Shown here: positions 26,598 through 40,385 of the stretch, piece after piece | How the letters are laid out: the number at the start of each line of letters is the position of its first letter | How positions within the stretch are numbered: the stretch's first letter is position 1 | Source of the DNA: Lytechinus pictus | Taxonomy: Eukaryota | NCBI RefSeq assembly: GCF_037042905.1 | Contig: NC_087245.1 | Coordinates: 39,372,001 to 39,436,000, forward strand | DNA length: 64,000 nucleotides | Reading direction: 5' to 3' | The notes under the pieces: generated by a model | Told to the model about the DNA's origin: nothing | Seen by the model: the letters and a program-made list of their open reading frames with translations, nothing else | Database searches by the model: none | Translations under genes and position numbers: made by a program

Positions 26598-26810
26598 AAA
26601 CCATACACAGATAATCATGAATTGTCCCGGGTGTCGGCAGATCTTCAGTTATCACTTTAACAATAAATTTCACACCATCCCATCACAAATCCAATGACAA
26701 ACATAAAAACTGCAATTTCAAAACAAAATTGATGTTGATTGAAATTGATTAGTGTTGAATTAGTCTTTATTGTATGAGGTTTATGGACAATACTGATGCA
26801 AATGACATTA

Positions 26811-29800
26811 TAGTCCGGGTTATAATTGAGCAAGGTGCCACACGGAAAAGGAGAAATTGTCATATAGTGCTTCTAGACCATTGTTTACGCTGAATATGAA
26901 TATATGAGGTAACCAGGCTGTATCCTGAAAATTAACCCGTGAGGGCGCTTTATTCAAAATGGCCGCCAAATTTTCAGAACATATGAATTTTCGTACATAG
27001 ATTTTGACTTAAACATTCCATTGCCACAAAATTAGTGTCATATGAAAGACAAATAAATTTCCTACAATTTGGTACCATTTATAGGGGATAAGTAGGTCAT
27101 TTGGTTGAGATTTTAAGTAGAAAACTGCATTTTTTGTCATTTTTTCCCAAAAATTGAAAATTTTGCAAATACATGATTTTACATAATTCTAAGAAAAATG
27201 ACTCAAATACCTTGAAATGTTTCAGAAAACTTTATTGATATACTATTATTATGTGGATGAAATTCCAATTCTGTATCATTCTTAGCAAATTTATAAGGTA
27301 TCAAACTTGAATACTTCAATTTCGGAAATGTCGCTTTTTGTATGCATTTCCATAGACTTATACGTATAACATGTATAATATGTATAATGTATAGTTAAAA
27401 ATTAAATGCAATTATCTCCGCTCGTTAATCACTTGGATAGTTAAGAGTAGGATTTTCTCTATCAGCTAAATAAAACAAAATGTTGGCACATCAAGGCCTA
27501 ACACTCTCATGGGGTGGGGGTGTTGAAACCCCCCCCCCCCCCCCCCTTGGCTATATCATGTTGTTGTATATTGCCTATTTATTGGAAAATCACCATTTTT
27601 TGGAGTACCCATTGAGGCAAAAGGCATTTCTGCTATACAATACAGCCACTTTAATTACTTTGAAACCACTTGGAGAGGGAAAGAGTGGCACGTACATCGA
27701 ATCCAACCCCTCTCAGGGGGGGGGGGCGCTGGGGAAGTCACCCTCCCCCTTTTGCTTATTGCCAATTTATTCGGAAATTCACCATTTTGGACCCAACATT
27801 GAGGCAAAAAAGCGTTTGTGCTTTATAGTATTTTATTGCTTTGAGAAAGTAGAGTTCGTTCTACCAGCTACATAAATAAGCGCTAGCACATCGAACCCTA
27901 GCCCTCTCAGGGGCTGTCTAGGTCACCCCCTCCTCTATATCATGTATATTGCCTATTTATTGAAAATTTCACCATTTTGGATCACCCATTGAGGCATAAG
28001 GGTGTTTCTATATCATACAGCCAATTTTATTTTCTTGCAATTACTTGGAGAGAAAAGCGTAGGCTTTGCACTATCAGTTACATATTATTAAGAAGCGCTG
28101 GCACATCGAAACCTATCCCTCTCAGGGGCTGTCTAAGTCAACCCCTCCCCCTCTATATCATGTATATTGCCTATTTATTGGAAATTACACCATTTTGAAT
28201 CGCCCATTGAGGCAAAAGTGCGTTTCTACTATATAGTACAGCCAATTTCATTTTCTTGCCATGACTTGGAGAGGGAAGAGTAGGCTTTGCTCTATCAGCT
28301 ACATATAAACAAATGCTTGCAAAGAAAAGCCTACCCCCTCCGGGAAGCTGTTGAAATCACCCGATCCCTTTTGCATTATAGCATATTTATTGAAAAATTC
28401 ACCATTTTGAAGCCCCCATTTAAGCAAAAAGGCGTTTCTGATTTATAGTTCTGCCACTTTTACTGCCTTGAAACCACTTAGGGAGGAAAGAGGATGTTTT
28501 GCTTTATCAGCCACATATAAAGAAGTGCAGGCAAATAAAAACCTACCCCCTACGGGAGGCTGTTGAAATCACCCCATCCCTTTTGCATTATTGCCTATTT
28601 ATTGGAAAATTAACCATTTTGGAGCCCCCATTTAGGCAAAAAGGCATTTCCGATATATACATGTAGTTCTGCCACTTTTACTGCCTTGAAACCACTTAGG
28701 GAGGAAAGAGGATGTTTTGCTTTATCAGCCACATATAAAGAAGTGCAGCAAATAAAAGCCTACTTCCTTCAGGGTACTGTCGAAATTACCCCCCCCCCCT
28801 TGAAATTCTCCATTTTGGAGCCCCCATTGAGGCAAAAACGCGTTTCTGATATATAGTTCTGCCACTTTTACTGCCTTGAAACCACTTAGGGAGGAACGAA
28901 TAAGTTTTGCTTTATCAGCTACATATAAAGAAGTGCAGGCAAATAAAAGCCTACTTCCTTCAGGGTACTGTCGAAATCACCCATCCCTTTTGCATTATTG
29001 CCTATTTATTGAAAAAATCACCACTTTGGAGCCCCCATTGAGGCAAAAAGGCGGTTCTGATATATAGTTCTGCCACTATTACCGCCTTGAAACTACTTGG
29101 AGAGGAAAGAGTAGGCTTTCCTCTATAGTCTAACAGCTACATATAAAGAAGTAGCTCTACTATATACCAGAAACACGTTTTTTGCCTCAATGGGGGCTCC
29201 AAAATGGCCAGTTTTCCCATGAATTGGCAAAAATCGTAAAAAAGGTGGATGGGGTAGCATCTATAGTCCCCTGAAGTGGGCTAGGCTTCGATATGGCAGC
29301 AATTCGTTATATAATGTATAGCTGAAAGAGGGGAACCTACTCTTTCCTCCCCAAGTGGTTTCAAGAAAGAGAAATTGGGTGTTTTATACAGCAGAAGTGC
29401 ATATCACCTCAATGGGGGCTCAAAACTTGTGAATTTTCAAATAATTAGGCAATAATGCAAGAGGGGTGGGGTGATTTGACAGCCGCCCAGATGGGTAAGC
29501 TTCAATGTGCCAGCACTTCTTTATAGAGCAAAGCATAGTATTTCCTCCCTAATTGGTTTCAAGGCAGTAAACGTGACAGAACTACATATATCAGAGATGC
29601 CTTTTTACCTCAATGGGGGCTCAAAAATCGTGAATTTCCAATAAATAGGCAATGACGCAAAGGGGTGAGGGGACTGATTTCGACAGCCCCCAGAAGGGGT
29701 AGGCTTTTATTTGCCACCACAAATTTGATGTAGTTGATAGAGCAAAGCCTATTCTTTCCTCTCTAAGTGGTTTCAAGGCAATAAAAGTGGCAGAACTATT

Positions 29801-31257
29801 TATCAGAGACACCTTTTTGCTTCAATGGGGGCTCCAAATTGTGACTTTTTAACAAATAGCCAAATACCGAAAATTAGTGGGGTAACTTCTACAGCCGCCT
29901 GAAGGAGATAGGCTTCGATTTGCCAACACTTCTTTATATGTAGCTGATAGAGCAAAGCCTTCTCTTTCTTCTCCAAGTCATTGCAAGGAAATAAAATTGG
30001 CTGTACTATATAGTAGGAACGCGTTTTTGCCTAAATGGGTGATCCAAAATGGTGAAATATCCAATAAATCGGCAATATACATGATATAGAGGGGGGGGGG
30101 TGACTTAGACAGCCCCTGAGAGGGCTAGGGTTCGATGTGCCAGTGCTTATTTATATGTAGCTTGTAGAACAAACTCTATTCTTTCCTAAGTGGTTTCAAA
30201 TCAATAAAATGGGGTGTACAACAAAGCACAAACGCTATTTGGCCTTAATGTTGGGTAAAAAATTGGGAATTTTCAAATAAATATGCAATATTAAGCAAAA
30301 GCCCCCCCCCCCCCCCCCCCCGAGAGGGGTAGGCTTCGATGTGCCACTTCTTTGGATGTAGCTGGTAGAACAAAGCCTGCTTTTTCCTCTCCAAGTGGTT
30401 TCAAAGTAATCAAAGTGGCTGTACAGTATAGTAGAAATGCCTGTTTTTGCTTCAATGGGTGCTCCAAAAAACAGTGATTTTTTCCAACAAATAGGCAATA
30501 TACAACAACATGATATAACCAAGGGGGGGGGGGGGCTTCGACACCCCCACCCCATGAGAGTGTTAGGCCTTGATGTGCCAACATTTTGTTTTATGTAGCT
30601 GATAGAGAAATCCTACTCTTAACTATCCAAGTGATTAACGAGCGGAGATAATTGCATTTAATTTTTAACTATACATTATACATATTATACATGTTATATG
30701 TATTAGTCTATGGAAATGCATACAAAAAGCGACATTTCTGAAATTGAAGTTTTTAAGCTTGATACCTTATAAATTTGCTAAGAAGAATGATACAGAATTG
30801 GAATTTCATCCACGTGATAATAGTATATCAATAAAGTTTTATGGAACATTTCAAGGAAATTGTTTCATTTTTCTTAGAATTATGCAAAATCATGTATTTG
30901 CAAAATTTTCAATTTTTGGGAAAAAATGACAAAAAATTCAGTTTTCTACTGAAAATATCAGCCAAATGACCTACTTATCCCCTATAAATGGTACCAAATT
31001 GTAGGAAATTTATTTGTCTTTCATATGACACTAATTTTGTGGCAATGGAATGTTTAAGTCAAAATCTATGTACGAAAATTCAAATGTTCTGAAAATTTGG
31101 CGGCCATTTGGAAAAAAGCGCCCTCACGGGTTAATTTTCAGGATACAGCCTGGTTACCTCATATATTCATATTCAGCGTAAAAAAACTGGTTTAGAAGCA
31201 CTATATGAAAATTTATCCTTTTCCGTGTGGCACCTTGCTCAATTATAACCCGGACTA
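26811..31257. mobile_element. 4.4-kb foldback-type non-autonomous DNA transposon, TTA TSD (PIF/Harbinger-like)
   Basis: Ends TAGTCCGGGTTATAATTGAGCAAGGTGCCACACGG and its exact reverse complement; arms stay complementary for well over 1 kb; ~185-bp internal subrepeats. The empty site GACATTATTAAAAGC in other units proves the TTA duplication. Confidence 0.88.
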
Positions 31258-32095
31258 TTATTAAAAGCTCAAATTCATGTAAACCCTGGATAGAAAGCAT
31301 CATTTTAATTGATAATCCAAAGGTTTATAAGAAGTTCTCAGATGCCGAGATAGTGCATCAGACTGAAGATCTGAAGGTCCCTGGTTCAAAACTTCACAAA
31401 TATGATTCTGGACTTCCCGGGTCTAGCTAGACAATTTTTTTTACAATTGCTTTTTACCCAATTTTATACAACCACCCCCCCCCCCCACGATGAAAAGTAG
31501 CGTAGTGAATGCCTCAAATACATATCTGTCATCCCTGCATCATAATTTATTATGACAAAAAATTGCCCAATCTATACTTTACTATCTAATTTATTTTTAG
31601 AGACAGGATGAGCCGTAGGCAATTTTTGCATTAGCCTTGTCCCTTATATACTCTTGCAGACGTCTGGTTGATAATCATTCGTAATTGAATATCTAACATA
31701 CATTGAATATGCTTTCCAGTGAGTGGATATCGGGAGGTGATCTTTTTAGCGCTTAGTGCATATATACAAGATATTTATCGTCCAAAAAGAGAACTATTTA
31801 ATACAAAGCCCAGAGAATTCGCCAGAGTAAAAAGTAAAAATATCATACATAATAGATGAACCCTCAATAATTATTGTGTGAATCGTGAGAAAATGAAGCC
31901 CGAAACGGAATTGTCCGCATATTGTGCTGAAAATTCCCCCCCCCCCCCAAAAAAAAAAAAAAAAAAAAAAAAGAAGGCAGCGACGATTATTTATCAGAAA
32001 ATAAAAGTGCGGGGAACCAAAGTGGCGATTTCGGCGAACGGTGCAGCTTTAATACCGTCTTATTAAAACTTATAAATAATCATTTTCCAAAATTC

Positions 32096-32134
32096 TGCCG
32101 AGACCCGGGAAAATTCATATCTTCTTATGATTTT

Positions 32135-32165
<31 letters not shown>

Positions 32166-32229
32166 CATGGACCTAACATGGACCTAATATGTCCATGGTC
32201 TGACGCTCTCCCAAATGAGCTATCTCGGC
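32096..32229 (-). pseudogene. tRNA-Phe copy disrupted by a 39-bp insertion in the anticodon arm
   Basis: GTCTGAC duplicated around 32 bp of foreign sequence (32166-32197). Confidence 0.85.
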
Positions 32230-32701
32230 ATCTGAAAGCTTTTTGTATATCAATGGATTATCAAGGGTGCTTTCTATTCAGAATAACTAACATGATATGG
32301 ATGGGAGGTTTGATTATGTCATTGAAAGAAATCGTTTTCCATGGCTGTATCTTGAGAAGAATTGCTGTGACGAGGAATGTATCGATGGCAGAAGGGGTGG
32401 GGGAGTGAGGGAGGGTCGACGCTTGAGCTTACAAGCCAAAATATTTGCTTCATGCATACGAAATCGAGCAACAGCCAAATAAAAGCCTAGCAAAAGCAAT
32501 TGCTGCTTTTTAAGCATCTGACCCGCTGAACTAGAATAAAGGCCCGATGGCTCGTTTGAATTATTTTGGTTTTGTGGGGGCGTAGGGGGTGTTGAATATT
32601 AATGGCAACGACATCGTCAATACAAAACCTCCAATTCACGTCCTGAACCGTGAATAGAAAGCCTCCTTGATAATCCATAGGTTTACAGAATGTTTCCAGA
32701 T

Positions 32702-32706
32702 GCCGA

Positions 32707-32757
<51 letters not shown>

Positions 32758-32795
32758 AAAATCATACAAGATATGAACTGTCCCGGGTCTCGGCA
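32702..32795 (+). tRNA. trnF-GAA: tRNA-Phe(GAA) with 21-nt T-loop insertion
   Basis: Consensus exons; 1-nt deletion inside the insert only. Confidence 0.85.
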
Positions 32796-32988
32796 GAAAT
32801 TTTGTCACCATTTTTATTTCTTAAATAAAAATCTCTCAGCCAGAATTTCACTTAACAACAAGACTTAGCATACTTTCTATTAAAAAATTCTTCCTTTTAT
32901 AAGGATTTTTTTTATTGACGTTGTAGATCGACTGGGAATATATATAGGGAAATTAAGATGCCAACATAGATGAGTTTGTTAACATTAA

Positions 32989-33025
<37 letters not shown>

Positions 33026-33533
33026 AAAACCATACACAGATATGAACTGTCCCGGGTGTCGGCAGATTTTCAGTTATCACTTTTACAATTAGTTTCACAC
33101 CATCCTATCACAAATTTAATGATAAACAGTGAGACTGCAATTTTAAAATAAAATTAATGTTGATTGAAATTGATTATAGTGTTTAATTAATCTTTATTGT
33201 ATAAGGTTCATGGACAAGATTGATGCCAATGACATTATCAAAACCTCCAATTCATGTGAACCCTGGAGAGAAAGCATCATTTTAATTGATAATCCAAAGG
33301 TTTATAAGAAGTTACCAGATGCCGAGATAGTGCATCAGACTGAAGATCTGAAGGTCCCTAGTTAAAAAAAAAGGCCCGATGGCTCGTTTTAATAATCTTG
33401 GTTTTGTGGGGGCGTAGGGAGTGTTGAATATTAATGGCAACGACACCATCAATAAAAAACCTCCAATTCATGTCCTGAATCCTGAATAGAAAGCCTCCTT
33501 GATAATCCATAGGTTTACAGGATGTTTCCAGAT

Positions 33534-33538
33534 GCCGA

Positions 33539-33589
<51 letters not shown>

Positions 33590-33628
33590 AAAATCATACA
33601 AAGATATGAACTGTCCCGGGTCTCGGCA
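33534..33628 (+). tRNA. trnF-GAA: tRNA-Phe(GAA) with 22-nt T-loop insertion
   Basis: Consensus exons and insert. Confidence 0.85.
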
Positions 33629-34010
33629 GAAATTTTGTCACCATTTTTATTTCTTAAATCAAAATCTCTCAGCCGACATTTCACATAACGACACGACTTA
33701 GCATACTTTATATTAAAAATTATAAGGATTTTTTTATTGACATTGTAGATCGACTGGGAATATATATAGGGAAATTAAATGCCAAAATAGATGAGTTTGT
33801 TAAAATTAAGAGAGCGTCAGACTGAAGATCTGAAGGCCCCTGGTTCAAAACCATACACAGATATAAACTGTCCCGGGTGTCGGCAGATTTTCGGTTATCA
33901 CTTTTACAATAAATTTCACACCATCCTATCACAAATTAAATGACAAACAGTGAGACTGCTATTTCAAAATAAAATTGATGTTGATTGAAATTGATTAGTG
34001 TTAATTAATC

Positions 34011-34221
34011 TTTTTTTTTTTTTTTTTTTTAAACCCTTCCACAGGGGTCCTTTATTGAAATCACTATAATACATATTTTTTGACAATACATGATTAAATA
34101 ATTAACACAGTATATGACACACAAGTTGAATATGTACAATACAATATTCCATGAAATTGTCGTAACATTTGTATAAAAAAAGCAAAATCAAAGTGCAAAG
34201 GAAAGAAAAAATCCATACAAA

Positions 34222-34272
<51 letters not shown>

Positions 34273-36031
34273 TCTTAGAATGATATCTGATATACTTAAT
34301 GTAATAAAGTAAAAGATGACCACCTTTTATGAATTTCTTCTCTTTCAGATTTGTTTTATATATATACTTTTCCATACCATAATAAGATTTTATTTCAGAC
34401 AAAATATGGTCGAAAACTGGAAGACAGTGTTTGCATTTTGCTGCAAAAATTTCTTTTCTAACGATTATAAAAATATAATTAAGAGCACCATTGTCGTTTC
34501 CGTAAAAACCGAATAGTTTATTCTGGTTTGAAATTTTGATATTCAAATTGTTACGAGAAAACCAAATTTCGAGTTGAGACCATATTTCGTTTGTGTGGGC
34601 ACAAGAACAAAAAATATGCATAATAGTTTCTTCATAATTATAACAAAAGGTACATAAGTTATCTGTAACAAATTTAAATCGTAACAAAGCATCTTTCATA
34701 TAAATAATTCTATTCACTATTTTGAACTGAAACCATCTCATGTTGACATCTGTAGTTGAATAAAAAGGTATTTGATAGTAGAACCTCCATATCGTGTTGT
34801 CAAAGTCAAACGTCTGTTTCCATTTGATGAGACTTTTACAATCTTTCAACTTATACTTCAAAAAAATATTGTAAATGTGAGCACAACCTTTTTTTACTTT
34901 AATTATCAAAAATAGTGCTTCTGGAATAATAGGTTCCATAGCTTTTGGTATTACATGTTTATTGAAACCATATCGAATGGCGCTGCACAGGCCATAATAT
35001 TGAAGAAAATTGACGTGTACATTGTATTTGCGTTGAAAATCAAAATATGAGAGAAATTTTCCATCTGTTCCCAAAATATCATTAACAAAACGCACCCCAT
35101 TAGCACACCAAGACCTGAAAAATATTACATTATTATTCATTTTAATTTTTGGATTATTCCAAAGGGCTTGACATGCAACGTCATCAACAATAAGGCGGGA
35201 AAGATCTGAAAAGGCCAACAATACCTGTGCCCAAAATGGGTTATTCATTGATATAGCAAGTGATTTATAATGCTCAGCCCCCATGAATAATTGAAAAGAT
35301 GTATATGCTGCAGGCAAAAATGATTGAAACATGTGAAAAGTAAAATTTTCAGAACAAGAAATGAACCTTCTTATCCATGAAATTTTTAATGATTTGGAAT
35401 GGATAAAAATATCAGTCATCCTAACACCACCCTCACTATACGGTTGACACATTTGTTTCCTACTTATTTTATCAGGTTTGCCTTCCCATATAAAGTCGTA
35501 AAAACATCGGTGAATATCATTCATAATTTCTAATTTTGGTTCTGGAAAAGATAAAAACAAGTAATTCAATTTCGGTATAAATATAGATTTAACAATGGTT
35601 ACCCTCCCTAAGGGAGTCAAAGATCTTTTTCGCCATACCGCCATCTGACGTTTTATTTCTTTAAACTTTTCTTGATAATTGTAATCGACCATTTTTGATA
35701 GTTCAACTGAAAAGTCTATACCTAGGTACCTAAAATATCCTTCCGAAATCCAGTTCAGTTTGTACTCGTGTAAAATCTCTTTTTTGAAAGTTCTATTCTT
35801 CCCAATCCATATCACCTGGGTTTTAGTTATGTTAATTTTGAGGTTGGATATTTTTTCAAATTCATCAAGTGTATCAAGAGCACATTTTAAATCTTGTTCT
35901 GAACCATTGAGTGTCAAAAGGGTATCATCTGTATATTGTAACACTTTAAGTGTTTTCCCATTAATATGCATTCCCTCTAGTTTGTCTGAGTGTCGAATTA
36001 AAATACCAAGAATCTCACTGACTAACAAAAA
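34011..36031 (-). mobile_element. 5'-truncated L1/Tx1-group LINE inserted in the tRNA array
   Basis: ORF 36028-34094 begins mid-RT (LQYTDDT, FRYLGI, LTPLGRVTIVKS) and has a C-terminal CTFC..ETIMHIFCSC zinc knuckle. Poly(A) tail at 34011-34030; TSD AATTAATCTTT at 34003-34013 and 36032-36042. Confidence 0.9.
34226..34268. repeat. (TA)n microsatellite in the LINE 3' region
   Basis: Direct dinucleotide run. Confidence 0.9.
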
Positions 36032-36820
36032 AATTAATCTTTATTGTATAAAGGTCATGGACAAGATTGTTACCAATGAAATTATCAAAACCTCCAATTC
36101 ATGTGAACCCTGGATAGAAATCGTCCTTTTCATTGATAATCCAAAGGTTTATAAGAAATTCTCAGATGCCGAGATAGTGCATCAGACTGAAGATCTGAAG
36201 GTCCCTTGTTCAAAACTTCACAAATATAATTCTGAACTTCGGGTCTCGGCATTTTTTTTTTTTTTACAATTGCTTTTTACCCAATATCAACCTCCCCCCC
36301 ACCCCCCATGAAAAGAAGCGTAGTGAATGCCTCAAATACATATCTGTCATTCCTTCATCATAAATTATCATGACGAAAATTTGCCCTATCTATACTATGC
36401 TATCTACTTTATTTTTAGGGACAAGATGACCCGTAGACAATTTTTGCATTAGCCTTGTCCTTTTTATACCGGTGAGTGGATGTCGGGAGGTGTTTTTTTT
36501 TTAGCGTTTAGCGCATATATACAAGATATTTTTCGTTCAAAAAGAGAACTATTTAATATAAAGCCCAGAGAATTCGCCTGAGTAAAAAGTGAAAATATCA
36601 TAAATAAGAGATGAACCCTCAATAATTATTGTGTGAATGGTGAAAAATTGAAGCCCGAAACGGATTTGTCCGCACATTGTGCTACAAATTTGAAGGAAAA
36701 AACAGCGACGAATATTTATTACAGAATAAAAGTTCGGGGAACTGAAGTGACGATTTCGGCGAATGGTGCCGCTTTAATACCGTTCTATTAAACCTTATAA
36801 ATATTCATTTTCCAAAATTC

Positions 36821-36859
36821 TGCCGAGACCCGGGAAAGTTCATATCTTCGTATGATTTT

Positions 36860-36898
<39 letters not shown>

Positions 36899-36916
36899 CA
36901 ACTGAGCTATCTCGGC
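36821..36916 (-). tRNA. trnF-GAA: tRNA-Phe(GAA) with T-loop insertion, extra G in the D-loop
   Basis: 96 nt; insert ends GAACTT. Confidence 0.7.
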
Positions 36917-37377
36917 AACTGAAAGCTTTTTGTATCACTATAGATTATCAAGGGAGCTTTCTATTCAGAATGACATGATATGGTTGGGATTAGATTATGT
37001 CATTGAAAGAAATCGTTTCACATGGCTGTATCTTGAGAAGAATTTCAGTGACGAGGAATTTATCGATGGCAGAAGGGTGAGGGGTGAGGGAGGGTCGAAG
37101 CTTGAGCTTACAAGCCAAAATATTTGCTTTATGCATACGGAATTGAGCAACAGCCAAATAAAAGCCTAGCAAAAGCTATTGCTGCTTTTCAAGTATCTGA
37201 CCCACTGAACTGAATAAAGGCCCGATGGCTCGCTTGAATTATTTTGGTTTTGTGGGGGCGGAGGGGGTGGTGAATTAATGGCAACGACACCATCAATACA
37301 AACCCTCCAATTCATGTCCTGAACCCTAAATAGAAAGCCTCCTTGATAATCCATAAGTTTACAGGATGTTTCCAGAT

Positions 37378-37382
37378 GCCGA

Positions 37383-37433
<51 letters not shown>

Positions 37434-37472
37434 AAAATCATACAAAGATATGAACTGTCCCGGGTCTCGGCA
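37378..37472 (+). tRNA. trnF-GAA: tRNA-Phe(GAA) with 22-nt T-loop insertion
   Basis: Consensus exons and insert. Confidence 0.85.
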
Positions 37473-37666
37473 CGAATTTTGTCACCATTTTTATTTCTTG
37501 AATCATAATCTCTCAGCCAAAATTTCACTTAACGACACGACGTAGTATACTTTCTATTATTATTTTTTTTCCTTTTATAAGGATTGTTTTTTGACATTGT
37601 AGATCGACTGGGAATATATATATAGGGAAATTAAGATGCCAAAATAGATGAGTTTGTTAACATTGA

Positions 37667-37699
<33 letters not shown>

Positions 37700-38704
37700 A
37701 TTCAAAACCATACACAGATATGAATTGTCCCGGGTGTCGGCAGATTTTCAGTTTATCACTTTAACAATAGATTTCACACCATCCCATCACAAATTCAATG
37801 ACAAACAGTGAGACTGCAATTTCAAAATAAAATTGATGTTGATTGAAATTGGTTGGTGTTGAATTAATCTTTATTGTATAAAGGTCATGGACAAGATTGA
37901 TGCCAATGACATTATCGAAAGCTCCAATTCATGTAAACCCTTGATAGAAAACATCTTTTTAATTGATAATCCAAAGGTTTATAAGAAGTTCTCAGATGAC
38001 AAGATAGTGCATCAGACTGAAGATCTGAAGGTCCCTGGTTCAAAACTTCACAAATATGATTCTGAACTTCCCGGGTCTCGGCAATTTTTTTTTATAATTG
38101 CTTTTCACCCAATTTCACCCTCCCCCCCCCCCCCCGATAAAAAGAAGCGTAATAAATGCCTCATGTCATTCCTTCATCATAAATTATTATGACAACAATT
38201 TGCCCTATCTATACTATGCTATCTAATTTATTTTTAGGGACAAGATGACCCGTAGACAATTTTTGCATTAGCCTTGTCCCTTTTATACACGTGCAGACGT
38301 CTGGTTGATAATCACTCGAAATTGAATATCTAACATATAGTACATTGAGTGTGCTTCCCAGTAAGTGGATGTCGGGAGGTGTTCTTTTTAGCGCTCAGTG
38401 CATATATACCAGATATTTATCGTCCAAAAAGAGAACTATTTAATACAAAGCCCAGAGAATTCGCCTGAGTAAAAAGTAGAAATATCATAAATAATAGATG
38501 AACCCTCAATAATTATTGTGTGAATCGTGAGAAACTGAAGTCCGAAACGGATTTGTCCGCATATTGTGCTACAGATTTGAAAAAAACAGCGACAATTATT
38601 TATCAGAGAATAAAATTTCGGGGAATCGAAGTGGCGATTTTGGCTAATGATGCCGCTTTAATAGCGTTCTATTAAACCTTATAAATATTCATTTTCCAAA
38701 ATTC

Positions 38705-38743
38705 TGCCGAGACCCGGGAAAATTCATATCTTCTTATGGTTTT

Positions 38744-38794
<51 letters not shown>

Positions 38795-38799
38795 TCGGC
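38705..38799 (-). tRNA. trnF-GAA: tRNA-Phe(GAA) with 22-nt T-loop insertion
   Basis: Consensus exons; insert AACCATAAGAAGATATGAATTT. Confidence 0.8.
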
Positions 38800-39738
38800 A
38801 TCTGAAAGCGTTTTGTATCACTGTGGATTATCAAGGGCGCTTTTCATTTAGAATAACATGATATGGATAGGAGGTTTGTCATTGAAAGAAATCGTTTTCC
38901 ATGGCTGTATCTTGAGAAGAATTTCGATGAATTTATCGATGGCAGAATGGGGAGGGAGTGAGGGAGGGTCGAAGCTTGAGCTTACAAGCCAAAATATTAA
39001 TATGCCAACATAAATGAGTTTGTTAACATTGAGAGAACGTCACACTGAAGATCTGAAGGTCCCTGGTTCAAAACTTCACAAATATAAATCTGGACTTCCC
39101 GGGTCTAGTCATTTTTTTTCAATTGCTTTTTACCCAATTTCATACACTCCCCCAACGATGAAAAGTAGCGTAGTGAATCCCTTAAATACATATCTGTCTT
39201 CCCTTCATCATAATTAATTATGACAAAAATATGCCCTATCTATACTTTACTATCTAATTTATTTTTAGAGACAAGATGAGCCGTAGGCAATTTTTGCATT
39301 TGCCTTGTCCCTTATATACTCTTGCAGACGTCTGGTTGATAATCATTCGTAATTGAATATCTAACATACATTGAATATGCTTTCCAGTGAGTGGATATCG
39401 GGATGTGATCTTTTTAGCGCTTAGCGCATATATACAAGATATTTTTAGTCCAAAAAGAGTACAAAGCCCAGATAATTCGCCAGAGTAAAAAGTAAAAATA
39501 TGGTAAATAAGAGATGAACCCTCAATAATTATTGTGTGAATCGTGAGATAATGAAGCCCGAAACGGAATTGTCCGCATATTGTGCTAAAAATTTGCCCCC
39601 CCCCCCAAAAAAAAAAAAGACAGCGACAATTATTTATCAGAAAATAAAAGTACGGGGAAACAAAGTGGCGATTTCGACGAACGGTGCAGCTTTAATATCG
39701 TCTTATTAAAACTTATAAATATTCATTTTCCAAAATTC

Positions 39739-39777
39739 TGCCGAGACCCGGGAAAATTCATATCTTCTAATGGTTTT

Positions 39778-39810
<33 letters not shown>

Positions 39811-39833
39811 ACTCCCAACTGAGCTATCTCGGC
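39739..39833 (-). tRNA. trnF-GAA: tRNA-Phe(GAA) with T-loop insertion, D-stem mismatch (A23T)
   Basis: 95 nt; one exon substitution. Confidence 0.65.
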
Positions 39834-40290
39834 ATCTGAAAGCTTTTTGTATCACTGTGGATTATCAAGGGCGCTTTCTATTTAGAATAACATGATATGG
39901 ATGGGAGGTTTTTTATTGAAAGAAATCGTTTTCCATGGCTGTATCTTGAGAAGAATTTCGATGACGAGGAATTTATCAATGGCAGAATGTGGAGGGAGTG
40001 AGGGAGGGTCGAAGCTTGAGCTTACAAGCCAAAATATTTGCTTTATGATACAGAATTGAGCAACAGCCAAATAAAAGCCTAGAAAAAGCAATTGCTGCTT
40101 TTCAGCATCTGACCCACTGAATTAGAATAAAGGCCCGATGGCTCGTTTGAATTATTTTGGTTTTGTGGGGGCGTAGGTGGTGTTGAATTAATGGCAACGA
40201 CACCATCAATACAAACCCTCCAATTCATGTCCTGAACCCTAAATAGAAAACCTCCTTGATAATCCATAAGTTTACAGGATGTTTCCCGAT

Positions 40291-40295
40291 GCCGA

Positions 40296-40346
<51 letters not shown>

Positions 40347-40385
40347 AAAATCATACAAAGATATGAACTGTCCCGGGTCTCGGCA
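40291..40385 (+). tRNA. trnF-GAA: tRNA-Phe(GAA) with 22-nt T-loop insertion
   Basis: Consensus exons and insert. Confidence 0.85.

Noticed and set aside
31344..31427. D-armless (mitochondrial-style) functional tRNA
   Set aside because: The acceptor 3' strand is damaged (GTCTAGC), the A-box is lost and the insert motif has decayed; pseudogene is the simpler reading.
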